Positions 1 to 11,440 of a stretch of DNA of 64,000 bases are shown one piece after another. The stretch's first letter is position 1, and every line of letters begins with the position of its first letter. Both the position numbers and the translations under genes were made by a program. The DNA is from an uncultured Rhodopila sp. GTDB lineage: Bacteria; Pseudomonadota; Alphaproteobacteria; Acetobacterales; Acetobacteraceae. The stretch is taken from positions 26,485 to 90,484 of the forward strand of contig CAJATU010000093.1 of the NCBI GenBank assembly GCA_903944925.1. Direction: 5' to 3'. A model generated the notes under the pieces. That model saw only the letters and a program-made list of their open reading frames with translations. It was not told the origin of the DNA and made no database searches.

Positions 1-472
1 CGGCGGGTGTCGAGCAGGGTCATCGGGTCGCTCCGCAAAGGTTGCCGCCGCCGCAAACCGTTGCCGGCCGGGGCAAGCCCGCGATGTTATTTGCGGCGGC
101 GCGGCTTGACCATCGGCAACCTTGTCCGATCCGGCGGCGAACCGGACGCCGGTGTTTGCGGCGCTATGGCAGCCGCTTGGAACAGGACCCACCGGCACTC
201 TTGCCGCCGCCTAGGCCGGCGGCGAGCGTTTTCCGTGTGTCATGGCCGGGCGAAGAGTCGCGCTCAACGCGGACTGGTACACCATGCGGCCGACTGGTCA
301 GCCGCCTCCATCAGAGCCGGTTGATTGGCTGCGGCGCGGGCGGTGAATTTGCGGTAGATCGAGACATAGTCCCCCACCGGCACTGCTCATCCGAACTTGC
401 CGGTGATGTAATTCCGTGCGGGCCTGTTTTGATATCGTAAATATATCGGTTGCCAGGCCGCGGATCGACTCG

Positions 473-1159
473 TCAGCCAATCGATCCGCACAGGACGCCG
501 ACGCCGGTGGTGACGCCCATAGCGAGCGCCCCCCAGAATGCGACCCTGAGCGCACCCGGAATAATCCGGGCGCCGCCGGTGTGCGCCGCCAAGGCACCCA
601 ACACCGCGAGGGAGACCAACGAACTCGCCGACACCGCGATGATCAGCCAAGGCACCGGCGCGAACGCCGTAACGGCCAAAGGCATCGCCGCACCAAGGGA
701 AAAACTGGCAGCCGACGCCAGCGCCGCCTGGATCGGACGCGCCTGCAGCGCTTCGGAAATGCCCAGTTCGTCGCGGGCATGCGCTCCGAGCGCGTCGTGC
801 GCCATCAGTTGGTGCGCCACCTTCCTGGCGAGTGCCGGATCAAGCCCGCGGCCGACATAGATGGCGGCCAGTTCCTTGTGTTCGCCCCGGCGGTCGGTGC
901 GAAGTTCCGTTCGTTCCAGGGCCAGATCAGCCTGCTCGGTGTCCTTTTGGGAGTGCACCGAGACAAACTCGCCCGCGGCCATCGACATCGCCCCGGCAAC
1001 GAGTCCGGCGATCCCGGCAACCAGGACGCTTTTATGGGTGCCATGCGCCGCGGCGACACCCAGGACCAGGCTTGCCGTAGACAGGATGCCGTCATCCGCG
1101 CCCATCACCGCCGCGCGCAGCCATCCGGTCTTTCCGGTGCGATGCCGTTCCGGCCTCAT
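473..1159 (-). CDS. VIT1/CCC1-family iron/manganese transporter
   Basis: ORF 473..1279 trimmed to the internal ATG (MRPERHRTGKTGWLRAAVMGADDGILSTASLVLGVAAA...). The WLRAAVxGAxDGIxS motif plus a hydrophobic C-terminal half are typical of the VIT family. The start choice (1159 vs 1279) is uncertain. Confidence 0.8.
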   Translation of the reverse strand: MRPERHRTGKTGWLRAAVMGADDGILSTASLVLGVAAAHGTHKSVLVAGIAGLVAGAMSMAAGEFVSVHSQKDTEQADLALERTELRTDRRGEHKELAAIYVGRGLDPALARKVAHQLMAHDALGAHARDELGISEALQARPIQAALASAASFSLGAAMPLAVTAFAPVPWLIIAVSASSLVSLAVLGALAAHTGGARIIPGALRVAFWGALAMGVTTGVGVLCGSIG

Positions 1160-1190
1160 CGCCCGGCGGCTAAACGGCCGCTCTCCACGC

Positions 1191-1700
1191 TCAGACCAGT
1201 TCGGCCGATGGATGACATCCGCAATGCTCCATGTGGTGCAACGCCGCCCGATCGTCGTGAAACAGAGCATGTTTGCCATGGTCGAGTGCAGTTTTGGTTT
1301 CGTGGGCGGCTCGGACGTAGTGCTCCGCCTCAGAATGTTGCGCGGCGTTCACATGGTGCCGCGCGGCCGCCTCGTGGTGATCCGCTGCGACGAGATGAAG
1401 CGCCCATCCGGTCAGATCCGCCGAAGCCGCAACCGCCGTTGAGGCGGACTCGTCGATGGCTCGGCCCAGATAATTCGGCAACGGACTGCCGTCATGTGCA
1501 GCGTAACGGGCGCTCGCCGCCTGCCCATGCTCGAGCGCGCGAAGCGCATGACCATGGGCGGAGAGCGCTTGATGCGCCGCGTGGGCGTAGTCCTTCCCGA
1601 TCTGGTAATGCCGTGACGCCTCGCGGTGAAATTGCGCCGCCTGTCCATGATGCGTTGCCGCGGAGGCATGGTGCCCCGCGGCTGATTGGCTGGCGGTCAT
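1191..1700 (-). CDS. Histidine-rich protein of unknown function (two HHxxAAxHH-type repeat modules, C-terminal HHMEHCGCH motif)
   Basis: 169-aa ORF with about 27 His by my count. The N-terminal module (GHHASAATHHGQAAQFHREASRHY...AHAAHQALSAHGHA) is echoed by the C-terminal module (ADHHEAAARHHVNAAQHSEAEHYVRAAHETKTALDHGKHA). It fits the gap between the antiporter and the VIT1 gene without overlap. Confidence 0.6.
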   Translation of the reverse strand: MTASQSAAGHHASAATHHGQAAQFHREASRHYQIGKDYAHAAHQALSAHGHALRALEHGQAASARYAAHDGSPLPNYLGRAIDESASTAVAASADLTGWALHLVAADHHEAAARHHVNAAQHSEAEHYVRAAHETKTALDHGKHALFHDDRAALHHMEHCGCHPSAELV

Positions 1701-1775
1701 GCCGATGTCCTTTGTTCAATAAGCCCGTGCCCGGCAACCTACCGCCGGACCGATGGCCGCCCCAAGGTTCGGAAA

Positions 1776-4220
1776 TTACTCACGCCGCCCGTCGGCGTCC
1801 GCCGCGACAAGCTCCGGCATGCCGCGGACGTCCCGCGCCCGCACTACCAGCAACAGGCAGAACCTCACCGCCGCCACCGCCCCCAGGGTTTCAGCCTCAC
1901 CGAGCTGGCCGTTGCCGCCGAACAGCGCCCCGCGGCCGAGTCGCTTCTGTGCGCCATCGTGGTCGATTTCAACTTCGCCGGAACTGATCAGATAAACCCA
2001 TCCGGCAAGCCGCCGGCGCTTCAGGATGCGCTCGCCCGGCAGCACGAGGCGCATCGTCATCCGCCGAACGATGCGGTCAAGTTCCGTCTCGGCTAACGTG
2101 TCGAACGGCGGAAACGCGCGCAGTCGCAAGCGCAGGGCGGTCCGCAGGTCGAGAACGACCGGCCGTGGAATGGCGTCGCGCCGCGCCTCGACATCGCGCT
2201 GGATTTCCAGGAACAACTCGTCGCTGAGCAAAGCCTCGCCCCGCAACGCGATATATGTTTCTATTTCGAAACGTAGGCCGATCTGGCGCAGCATCTTGCT
2301 TTGCAGCGCTTCGCCGTGGGCAGGGTGCAGCAGGCCCAGCGCCTCCATCGCGTCGTCGAGCAAGCCGCGGCGGCGTTCGACGATCTCGCCCAGCACGCCG
2401 GTGACGCGGGCGCCCAGCACCGGGGTCATCCGCTCACGCATGAAACGAAGCTGTGCCAGGAAGACCAGCCGCATCACCAGGACCATTTCGAACTGCCGCG
2501 CAATCAGGCCGGTCAGCGGCCAATCGATCCGCAGCCGGCGATGCAGCCACGCCGCGAGGCGCAACCCGGCACCGGGGCGCAGCCTTCGCTTGGCGGCGCG
2601 CAGGTAGCCCAGGCGCCCGTCCGCCCGCGTCGCGTCGATGATCGCGTCGGAGGTGCGCAGCAAATGTTCCATGATGCGATAGGACACGCCGCGCTCTCGG
2701 AAGATCTCCAGCAGGATGGTCCGTTCCTGCGAGGCGAAGGTCAGCAGCCCGAGCCTGACGCGGTCGCGGTCGGTCAGCGACGCGTCGAAGGTGTTCGCGG
2801 CGGCCTCGGCTTCGATACGATGCGCGTAGAGATCGACCACGCGCTGCTTGGCCTCCAACAGGAATCCGAACTCTTCGGCGGTGCTGCGCACCCGGTCGCG
2901 CACGTTGGCCAGCTCGAGCGCAACGACCTGATGGCGCAACGCCTGGTCGATGGTTGAAAGCCGGTCCAGGCCGAGCCAATGCACCAGGACGCGCAGCGTG
3001 GTGCCGTTGACCAGCAGGGTGAACAGGACGAAGCCGGTGGCCAGGATGGCGATGAATTCCTGCACCTTTTCAGGGACGTCGCGGTTCTCGGTCACCCCCA
3101 GGGCCATTGCCAGCGTGATGGAGCCGCGCAGGCCGCCCCACAGCATGGTCAGCTTCAACGGCAGCGGAATGCGCTGCGCAAGGCGGGAGTAGCGCAGCAG
3201 CGGCATCAGCAGGAACAGCACCGCGGCGCGTGCCGCCAGCGCCGCCGCCAGAGCCGCCGCGATCAGCAGCAGGTCGCGGGACCGCATGCCGAGCAACAGC
3301 CTCGGCACCAGCATGGAGGCCAGGACGAACACCAGGGATGTCGCCAGGAACGCGGTCTGCGCCCAGACATCGAGCAGGTACGTCCAGCTTCGCGGCCGCA
3401 GCACGGACGGGCCGATGGCGCTGAAGGTCAGCCCGGCCGAGGCGGCGGCGACCACGCCGGAGAACCCGAGGAACTGTTCGCAAACGATATAGCTGACATA
3501 GGGCAGCGCGAGGGTCAGCGTCACCTCGGCCGAGCGGCTGCCGCTGATATACGGCATCGCGAGCAGTGCCAGGCGCGCAAGCATGTGGCCGGCCGCGATG
3601 CCGCCCAGGAACAGCATCGCCAGGGTCAGGCAGATCGTTCCAATACCCGAACCGGCCTGGTGGGTGGTTTCCGCCAGCAGGACAGTGAACAACGCGATGG
3701 CGGTGGCGTCGTTGAACAGGCTCTCGCCTTCGATCAGGCGGGTGAGGCGGCCGTCCGCTCCGATGCCGCGGAAGATGCTGATGACGGCACTGGAATCGGT
3801 GGTGGAGATGATGGCGCCCAGCAGCAGGCAGACCATCAGCGGCTGGCCGCCGATGGGTTGCAAGGCGAAGCCGACCGCGGCGGTTGTCGCCACCACGGCG
3901 ACGATCGCCATCAGCAGCACCGGCGCCATATCGCGCGTCAGCCGCCGCACGTCGATCGAGAGCGCGCCCTGGAACACCAGCGCCGGCAGAAACACCAGCA
4001 GGAACAGTTGGGCGTGCACTGGGAAGTGGGCGAAGATCACCGCTACCTGGTAGAAGTCTCCGGCCGGGCCCTGGCTCAGCAGGAAGGCGGCGGCGGTGCC
4101 GATGGCGATGCCAACCAGCGCCAGCAGCACGGCCTCCGACACGAGCAGGCGCCGCGCCAGTGCCTGGATCGCGCTGACGACGATCAGGATCGCTGCCACG
4201 GCAAGCATGATATCGGGCAA
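1776..4220 (-). CDS. CPA1-family Na+/H+ (cation:proton) antiporter with C-terminal cyclic-nucleotide-binding-like domain
   Basis: 814 aa. The multi-TM N-terminal half carries the exchanger motifs STTDSSAVISIF and GESLFNDATAIALF. The C-terminal ~120 aa (PGERILKRRRLAGWVYLISSGEVEIDHDGAQKRLGRGALFGG) resembles a cNMP-binding beta-roll. Confidence 0.8.
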   Translation of the reverse strand: MPDIMLAVAAILIVVSAIQALARRLLVSEAVLLALVGIAIGTAAAFLLSQGPAGDFYQVAVIFAHFPVHAQLFLLVFLPALVFQGALSIDVRRLTRDMAPVLLMAIVAVVATTAAVGFALQPIGGQPLMVCLLLGAIISTTDSSAVISIFRGIGADGRLTRLIEGESLFNDATAIALFTVLLAETTHQAGSGIGTICLTLAMLFLGGIAAGHMLARLALLAMPYISGSRSAEVTLTLALPYVSYIVCEQFLGFSGVVAAASAGLTFSAIGPSVLRPRSWTYLLDVWAQTAFLATSLVFVLASMLVPRLLLGMRSRDLLLIAAALAAALAARAAVLFLLMPLLRYSRLAQRIPLPLKLTMLWGGLRGSITLAMALGVTENRDVPEKVQEFIAILATGFVLFTLLVNGTTLRVLVHWLGLDRLSTIDQALRHQVVALELANVRDRVRSTAEEFGFLLEAKQRVVDLYAHRIEAEAAANTFDASLTDRDRVRLGLLTFASQERTILLEIFRERGVSYRIMEHLLRTSDAIIDATRADGRLGYLRAAKRRLRPGAGLRLAAWLHRRLRIDWPLTGLIARQFEMVLVMRLVFLAQLRFMRERMTPVLGARVTGVLGEIVERRRGLLDDAMEALGLLHPAHGEALQSKMLRQIGLRFEIETYIALRGEALLSDELFLEIQRDVEARRDAIPRPVVLDLRTALRLRLRAFPPFDTLAETELDRIVRRMTMRLVLPGERILKRRRLAGWVYLISSGEVEIDHDGAQKRLGRGALFGGNGQLGEAETLGAVAAVRFCLLLVVRARDVRGMPELVAADADGRRE

Positions 4221-4425
4221 GCGGAGACCTTTCTCGGGGTTAGCGGGGCGGCGCGCGCCGAGTTATGCACCCGGCCGGGCGCGAGCGACTTCGGACGGAT
4301 CCTAGCCTGCGGGCATCAGATGAAGGTCGGTCATACCCGGTCGCCCTGGTCATGACAGTACAAGGTGCCTTCGGGACCGACATGCAGCGCCGTCCGTGTC
4401 CGCAAGGCCCGACCGGGAAAACAAC

Positions 4426-4515
4426 TGGCGGAGAGACAGGGATTCGAACCCTGGGTACGCTTTCACGCACACACGCTTTCCAAGCGTGCGCCTTAAGCCG
4501 CTCGGCCATCTCTCC
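4426..4515 (-). tRNA. tRNA-Ser (anticodon GGA), CCA encoded
   Basis: The reverse complement reads GGAGAGATGGCCGAGCGGCTTAAGGCGCACGCTTGGAAAGCGTGTGTGCGTGAAAGCGTACCCAGGGTTCGAATCCCTGTCTCTCCGCCA. Acceptor stem is GGAGAGA/TCTCTCC, anticodon loop is TTGGAAA (GGA), there is a long variable arm, and the T-loop is GGTTCGAATCC. Confidence 0.92.
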
Positions 4516-4616
4516 TGCGACAGGGGCCGCTCAATACCAGACCAAACGCCCGGCGCAAACCCTATTCGCACCGGTGATTGCGGCAACGGCCGACGCACCC
4601 TTGCGCCATACACACG

Positions 4617-4635
4617 TTGCATGGTTGCATTGCAT
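4617..4635 (+). promoter_or_regulatory. Three tandem/overlapping TTGCAT hexamers upstream of livH
   Basis: The sequence gTTGCATggTTGCATTGCATc lies about 25-40 nt upstream of the proposed TTG start of livH. Function is unknown. Confidence 0.2.
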
Positions 4636-4658
4636 CACACACCGGATTCGGAGCGCGA

Positions 4659-5572
<914 letters not shown>

Positions 5573-5573
<1 letters not shown>

Positions 5574-6898
5574 TGACCGCGCTGCGCGACGCCTTCCTCT
5601 CCGCCGCCGTCGCACTCGGCCTGTTCGGCCCGATGGTGGGACTGGTCACGGTCAGCAGCGACCACGGGCTGTTCCTCCGGGCGCGCCCGGTCGCCGTCGC
5701 CGTCATCGTCGGCCTGGTGTTCTTCGGCCGCCTCGGCATGCTGACCTGGCGAGGCCGCAACCGCGCCGAAGCCACCCGGGCGAACCGCGCCTTCGCCGAG
5801 CGCATCACTCGTGCCGGCAAATACGTCACCCCCGTGCTGCTGCTCGCCGCCCTGGCACTGCCGTTCAGCGGGTCGCGCTACTACGTCGATCTCGGCACCC
5901 TGGTGCTGACCTACATCATGCTGGGCTGGGGCCTGAACATCGTGGTCGGGCTGGCCGGGCTGCTCGACCTCGGCTACGTCGCCTTCTATGCCGTCGGCGC
6001 CTATTCGTACGCGCTGCTGGCGACGACCTACGATCTCGGCTTCTGGACCTGCCTGCCGCTGGCCGGCATCCTCGCCGGCTGTGCAGGCGTGACACTCGGC
6101 TTCCCGGTGCTGCGGCTGCGCGGCGACTACCTGGCCATCGTCACCCTGGGATTCGGCGAGATCATCCGCATCGTCCTGAACAACTGGGTGTCGCTGACCA
6201 ATGGCCCCAACGGCATAACCGGCATCCCCCGCCCGACGCTGTTCGGACTGCGCTTCAGCATGGATGGCGGCGACGGCACCTTCGCCGGGTTCTTCAACCT
6301 GGAGCCGGCAACCATCCAGCGCGTCATCTTCCTGTATTACGTGATTTTCGGACTCGCTCTGCTGACCAACTGGGTGTCGCTGCGCCTACGCCGCATGCCG
6401 CTCGGCCGGGCCTGGGAAGCCCTGCGCGAGGATGAGGTCGCCTGCCGCTCGCTCGGCATCAACGTGCGCAACACCAAGCTGACGGCGTTCGGCATCGGCG
6501 CCATGTTCGGCGGCTTCGCCGGCGCGTTCTTCGCCACCCGCCAGGCCTTCATCAGCCCGGAAAGTTTTACGTTCATTGAATCAGCCACCGTGCTGGCGAT
6601 CGTCGTGCTCGGCGGCCTCGGCAGCCAGCTCGGAGTCGCCCTCGCCGCCATCGTCATGGTCGGCGGGCTGGAGGCGTTGCGCGACTTCCTCAGCTTCCTC
6701 GGCGATCAGATGGGCAGCGAGCTGTTTTCCGGCATCGCCAGCGAGCTGCCGCTGTATCGCATGCTGATCTTCGGCCTGGCCCTGGTGGTGATGATGGTGC
6801 TGCGCCCGCGCGGCCTGGTGTCCGGCCGAACGCCGGGGGTGTCGATGACCGCGCCGAAGGAAATCGACGCCGAACTCGTGGCGCAGGGGCGCAGCTAG
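5573..6898 (+). CDS. livM: Branched-chain amino acid ABC transporter permease LivM
   Basis: 441 aa. The start overlaps the livH stop (ATGA). It has LivM-type motifs ([43 protein letters not shown]). Confidence 0.88.
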
Positions 6899-6901
6899 GC
6901 G

Positions 6902-7698
6902 ATGCTGTCGGTAACCGGCCTGACCATGCGCTTCGGCGGCCTGAAGGCGGTCGATGACCTGTCGTTCGAGGCCTGTGCCAACGACATCACCGCCGTCATC
7001 GGCCCGAACGGCGCCGGCAAGACCACGGTGTTCAACTGCATCACCGGGTTCTACAGCCCGACCTCCGGCTCGATCGAATTGACCCACCCGGACGGGCGGT
7101 CCTTCCCGCTGCACAAGATGCCCGGCCACCGGATCGCCGCCCGGGCGAAGGTGGCGCGGACGTTCCAGAATATTCGTTTGTTCGCCGGCATGACCGTGCT
7201 GGAGAACCTGCTGGTGGCGCAGCACAACACGCTGATGGCGGCGACCGGCTTCGGCGTGCTGGCGGTGCTGGGCCTCGGCCGCTACCGCGCCGCCGAGGCG
7301 GCCGGGATCGAGAAAGCCCGGTTCTGGCTGGATGCCATCAACCTGACCGCCCGCGCAGACGATCCGGCCGGCGCGCTGCCCTACGGCGCACAACGCCGGC
7401 TCGAGATCGCCCGTGCCATGTGCATCGACCCGGTGCTGCTGTGCCTCGACGAACCGGCGGCCGGCCTGAACCCGCGCGAGTCGGAGGAACTGAACCAGTT
7501 GCTGCTGCGCATCCGCGATCTCGGCTGCTCGCTGCTGCTGATCGAGCATGACATGGGCGTGGTGATGCGGATCTCCGACCACATCGTGGTGCTGGACCAC
7601 GGCAAGAAGATCAGCGACGGCACGCCCGCCGAAATTCGGGCAGACCCCACAGTAATCGCGGCCTATCTGGGTGAGGGCGAGGAAGACGAGGTGACCGC

Positions 7699-7702
<4 letters not shown>
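6902..7702 (+). CDS. livG: Branched-chain amino acid ABC transporter ATP-binding protein LivG
   Basis: Walker A GPNGAGKTT, signature and Walker B region LCLDEPAAGLNP, LivG-type C-terminus. Confidence 0.9.
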
Positions 7703-8424
<722 letters not shown>

Positions 8425-8853
8425 GATTTATGGACCAGTCGCTAATTGGTTCGTCTTCTTTCTCAGTAAAACGAAAAACCACGATACGCCGGGTGTGTCT
8501 CCGCCCAGTGCCATTTCCTGCCTGATCGGCTCGCAAAATCTCCAATACAGGATCAATAATCGCCACGCCCCTCTGCGCATGTTCATTCAGATATTTTAGC
8601 GTTCTTCCAATCCAGCCCGTGGTCCCAAGCAGTTGAATCTCGGCGACTGCGGACTCAAACGCAGTTAGGCCAAGCCCATCGATCAATTGCGCCATCCGTT
8701 GCCCGGCCTTCCGTCGTGCTGCAACGATCAACGCCTCCGCGAGGGTTCCGGCGGAAATCAAAACCTGTGTCTCGACGTCCAGAACACCCATGCAAGAGTC
8801 CGCCGCCGGTTCGTCAAGCACGATCGCCATCAAAGCCGACGTGTCGACCGCGA

Positions 8854-9108
8854 TCACGCCGGCAAACCATCCTCATCGTAAAGGAAGTCCTGGCTTCTCG
8901 CGGCATCGGGCCCCGGTGTTACAAGGTGAGCAGCGGCCCGCACCTCATCCATCAGAGCGCGCCGACCCTTCGCATCAAGCACCGGCCTGATCGGGACGAG
9001 GCGCACGGCCTCTTGACCGTGGCGGGTCAGGATGACCTCATCCCCGGCCTCGGCTTGCCTCACCAGATCGGTTGGCTGGGCCTTCGCATCTGTAACGGAG
9101 ATATGCAT
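8854..9108 (-). CDS. Phd/YefM-type (prevent-host-death family) antitoxin
   Basis: ORF 8854..9141 trimmed to MHISVTDAKAQPTDLVRQAEAGDEVILTRHGQEAVRLVPI, an antitoxin N-terminal fold signature. It sits immediately upstream of the PIN toxin and is coupled to it. Confidence 0.75.
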   Translation of the reverse strand: MHISVTDAKAQPTDLVRQAEAGDEVILTRHGQEAVRLVPIRPVLDAKGRRALMDEVRAAAHLVTPGPDAARSQDFLYDEDGLPA

Positions 9109-9134
9109 CTCATCGGCTGTTCCGGAGCGAGCTT

Positions 9135-9184
9135 GATCCACCCGGATAAATTAGACCACGCGATGGTCCATATCAAGGTGGATC
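9135..9184 (-). promoter_or_regulatory. Candidate TA promoter/operator with nested inverted repeats
   Basis: GATCCACC (9135-9142) and GGTGGATC (9177-9184) form a perfect 8-bp inverted repeat. They flank an inner GACCA-cgcga-TGGTC repeat, just upstream of the antitoxin start. Confidence 0.3.
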
Positions 9185-9201
9185 GTTCACTTCGAATTGG
9201 G

Positions 9202-10422
9202 TCAGGCAACCTGCGGCAGCACCTGCCCGGCAACCCGAACATTCCGCGCCACCAGCGCCGCGGTCTTCGATTCCGCCCCGACGCAGCACTGGATCACCAT
9301 CACGCCGAGCGCCGCCGGCAGCACCGCCAGGGTCGGGGGCGCACCGCTGACCACCACAGCCGCCGAGGCGAGGCAGCCAAGAATGGCCCCGGCATCCCAG
9401 CCCGCCTCGGTGGACAGGTGGAACTGATAGGCCGAGCCGGACCGCTTCGCCCGATCGTAAACCACGCTCATGAGCACCGGCACGTACAGCCCGCCCACAG
9501 CCGCGCCCAGCGCGTTGGCCGCAAACGCCACCCACGGCGCCCAACCCGACGCCACTCGCATCACGACGCCGAGCAACAGCCCGACGGTGACGGCCCGCGA
9601 CAGGACATCGCGATGCCCGCGGTCGATCGCGGCGCCGACAGCTAGCCCGGCCAGAGCACCGGCCACCGCCGCCGCGCTGCTCGCCCAACCAAGCGTGTCA
9701 TACGAAGAGCCAAGGGTGGTGAACAGCAGCAGCGACCACGCAATGCCGGTCCCCGCGCACATCCAGCCGTCCGCCGCGAACGCGCACAGGCCCACCGGAT
9801 CGGCGCCGATGACCGACTGCCGCATCGACGGAACACGCCCGAGGTTGATCTCACCGAACCACAGCAGCGGCATGGTCGAGATCAGGCACAGCATGGTGGC
9901 GATGCCGAACTCGGCGCCCGGGCCCATGCGTGTCAGTAGCGTGCCGCCCGCAACGGGCCCGACGACGGAAATGGCGGTGGTGGCCATCTGCCGGACCGCG
10001 ATCTGGCGTCCGCGCCGGCCGCCGCCGCCGCACATCGCGTTGGCGGCATGGAATATCGGCCAGTAGATGCATTCGCCCGCAGAAACAACCAGGATCCAGA
10101 CGCACAGCCAGAGCGGTTCGTCCGCCCGCACCAGCGGCACGAACTGGAATGCGACAATAAAAGTGCCCAGCAACAACGCCCGGTTCATCCCGAGATGCCG
10201 GACGATCGGCAGCATGATGGCGCGCAACCCGAAGCGAATGCCCAGCAAAGCCGCATACATCGTGATCGTTGTTGCAATCCCGAAGCCGAGATGCAGCAGA
10301 TAAGCCCCGACGAAACCACTGGCCAAAGACATGGCGAGCGACCACAGGACGCAGTGAAGGGTGAGCAGGCGGAATTGCCGCCCCTCGCGATCGAATGGCA
10401 TCGCTTTGATCCTTACTCTCAA
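9202..10422 (-). CDS. MFS transporter
   Basis: 406 aa with about 12 hydrophobic segments and an MFS-like loop motif. An alternative start is MPFDREG at 10401. Substrate is unknown. Confidence 0.7.
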   Translation of the reverse strand: MRVRIKAMPFDREGRQFRLLTLHCVLWSLAMSLASGFVGAYLLHLGFGIATTITMYAALLGIRFGLRAIMLPIVRHLGMNRALLLGTFIVAFQFVPLVRADEPLWLCVWILVVSAGECIYWPIFHAANAMCGGGGRRGRQIAVRQMATTAISVVGPVAGGTLLTRMGPGAEFGIATMLCLISTMPLLWFGEINLGRVPSMRQSVIGADPVGLCAFAADGWMCAGTGIAWSLLLFTTLGSSYDTLGWASSAAAVAGALAGLAVGAAIDRGHRDVLSRAVTVGLLLGVVMRVASGWAPWVAFAANALGAAVGGLYVPVLMSVVYDRAKRSGSAYQFHLSTEAGWDAGAILGCLASAAVVVSGAPPTLAVLPAALGVMVIQCCVGAESKTAALVARNVRVAGQVLPQVA

Positions 10423-10889
10423 AAAACGTCAGGTCCGCGGCCGATCGTCGGGTCGGCACGGACTGATGGTCGGAAAGCGCTGTGTTCAGCGGCTTCCGGA
10501 ACCTGTCCTGCGACCTGCGTTAGCCAGAGATCGTGCGTGGGATGCGGGGTGCATCAAGGGGCGTTACGGGCTGCGACATCTACCCTCCGATTGAAGGCTT
10601 TTGGTGCAGCAGAGTTAAGGCGAACGTGATGATTGCGTCAAGAAGTTCATGCGATTGCGCAAGACTTTGATTGACCGCATTGCACAAAAGCCATAGATAC
10701 AGTGCACATATGGAACTAAAATTGCCCAATATCGCTAATTTTGTTGGATACTGTAGTTATTTGTATATGAATCCCAACATATGGGCAGGTTGGCGCAAAC
10801 CGACGACGTCTTCTGTCCGATGAAAATGGCGAAAGAATGGCAGGGCCGCCACGCTTCCGCCCGAATCGGCAGCCCTCAGTCCCCCGCCA

Positions 10890-11440
10890 CAGCCCACATT
10901 TTCTCCGCCAGGCGCGATAGCGCCGAACGCCGGCTCGGCACCAGCCAGCGCTGCAGGCGGTTGAGATAAAGGCAGATCACCGGCGTGGTGTACAGCGTCA
11001 GCACCTGGCTGAGCGCCAGCCCGCCCCACCATCGCAACGCCGAGCGGCTTGCGCAGTTCCGACCCGGCGCCGTTTTCCAGCCTCATCGGCAGCCCGCTCA
11101 ACATCGTCGCCATCGTCGTCATCAGGATCGCAGCAGGCAGGCCTGCCGGATGGCTTCCAGCGGAGTCATGCCCTCGCGCCGCTCCGCCGTGATGGCGAAC
11201 TCCACCATCATGCCCGTTCTTCTTGACGATGCCGATCAGCAGGATGTTGCCGATCAGCAGGATGTTGCCGATCAGCGCGATCAGGGTGAGCTGGTAGCCG
11301 AAGATCATCGGCATCAGCAGCGCGCCGATGCCGGCCGAGGGCAGCGTCGACCGGATGATCAGTGGCAGCAACGCGGCACGGGACGGTATTTCGGACGCCG
11401 ATCAGGGGAAGCCACCCGGGTAGCCCGAACGCGACGTAAG
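10890..11440 (-). pseudogene. Remnant of an RND (AcrB/MdtC-type) efflux pump, C-terminal ~170 codons only, frameshifted
   Basis: ORF 10757..11371 reads LPLIIRSTLPSAGIGALLMPMIFGYQLTLIALIG...IGIVKKNG. It then goes out of frame, returns as ILMTTMATMLSGLPMRLENGAGSELRKPLGVAMVG, and goes out of frame again. These are the conserved last TM helices of RND pumps. The ~850 N-terminal codons are absent. Boundaries are approximate. Confidence 0.75.
11231..11276. repeat. 18-bp tandem duplication (2.5 copies) inside the RND remnant
   Basis: gccgatcagcaggatgtt occurs at 11231-11248 and again at 11249-11266, followed by a partial third copy. In translation it gives GNILLIGNILLIG. Confidence 0.9.

Noticed and set aside
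1-23. Possible minus-strand gene start (ATGACCCTGCTCGACACC..., preceded by GGAGCG) running off the left edge
   Set aside because: Only about 7 codons are visible. The product cannot be identified and coding cannot be verified.
290-400. Minus-strand fragment translating to ...VGDYVSIYRKFTARAAANQPALMEAADQSAAW downstream of the VIT1 gene
   Set aside because: It looks protein-like but is short and is interrupted by a stop immediately upstream. I could not match it to a family, so the evidence is insufficient to call a gene or a pseudogene.
416-4355. Long plus-strand ORFs 416..1987 (523 aa) and 2979..4355 (458 aa), plus many shorter ones overlapping the VIT1, His-rich and antiporter genes
   Set aside because: Their translations are Arg/Pro/Gly/His/Gln-rich low-complexity strings with no motifs. 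They lie antisense to genes with clear family signatures. These are typical shadow ORFs of GC-rich DNA.
4221-4515. tRNA-Ser as a possible genomic-island integration site
   Set aside because: There is no integrase and no direct repeat of the tRNA 3' end. I saw no compositional break next to the tRNA.
10498-10521. GGAAC-N15-CGTT on the plus strand in the MFS/RND-remnant spacer
   Set aside because: The spacer is one nucleotide short of the EcfG consensus (N16-17). No gene or obvious RNA lies downstream on that strand.
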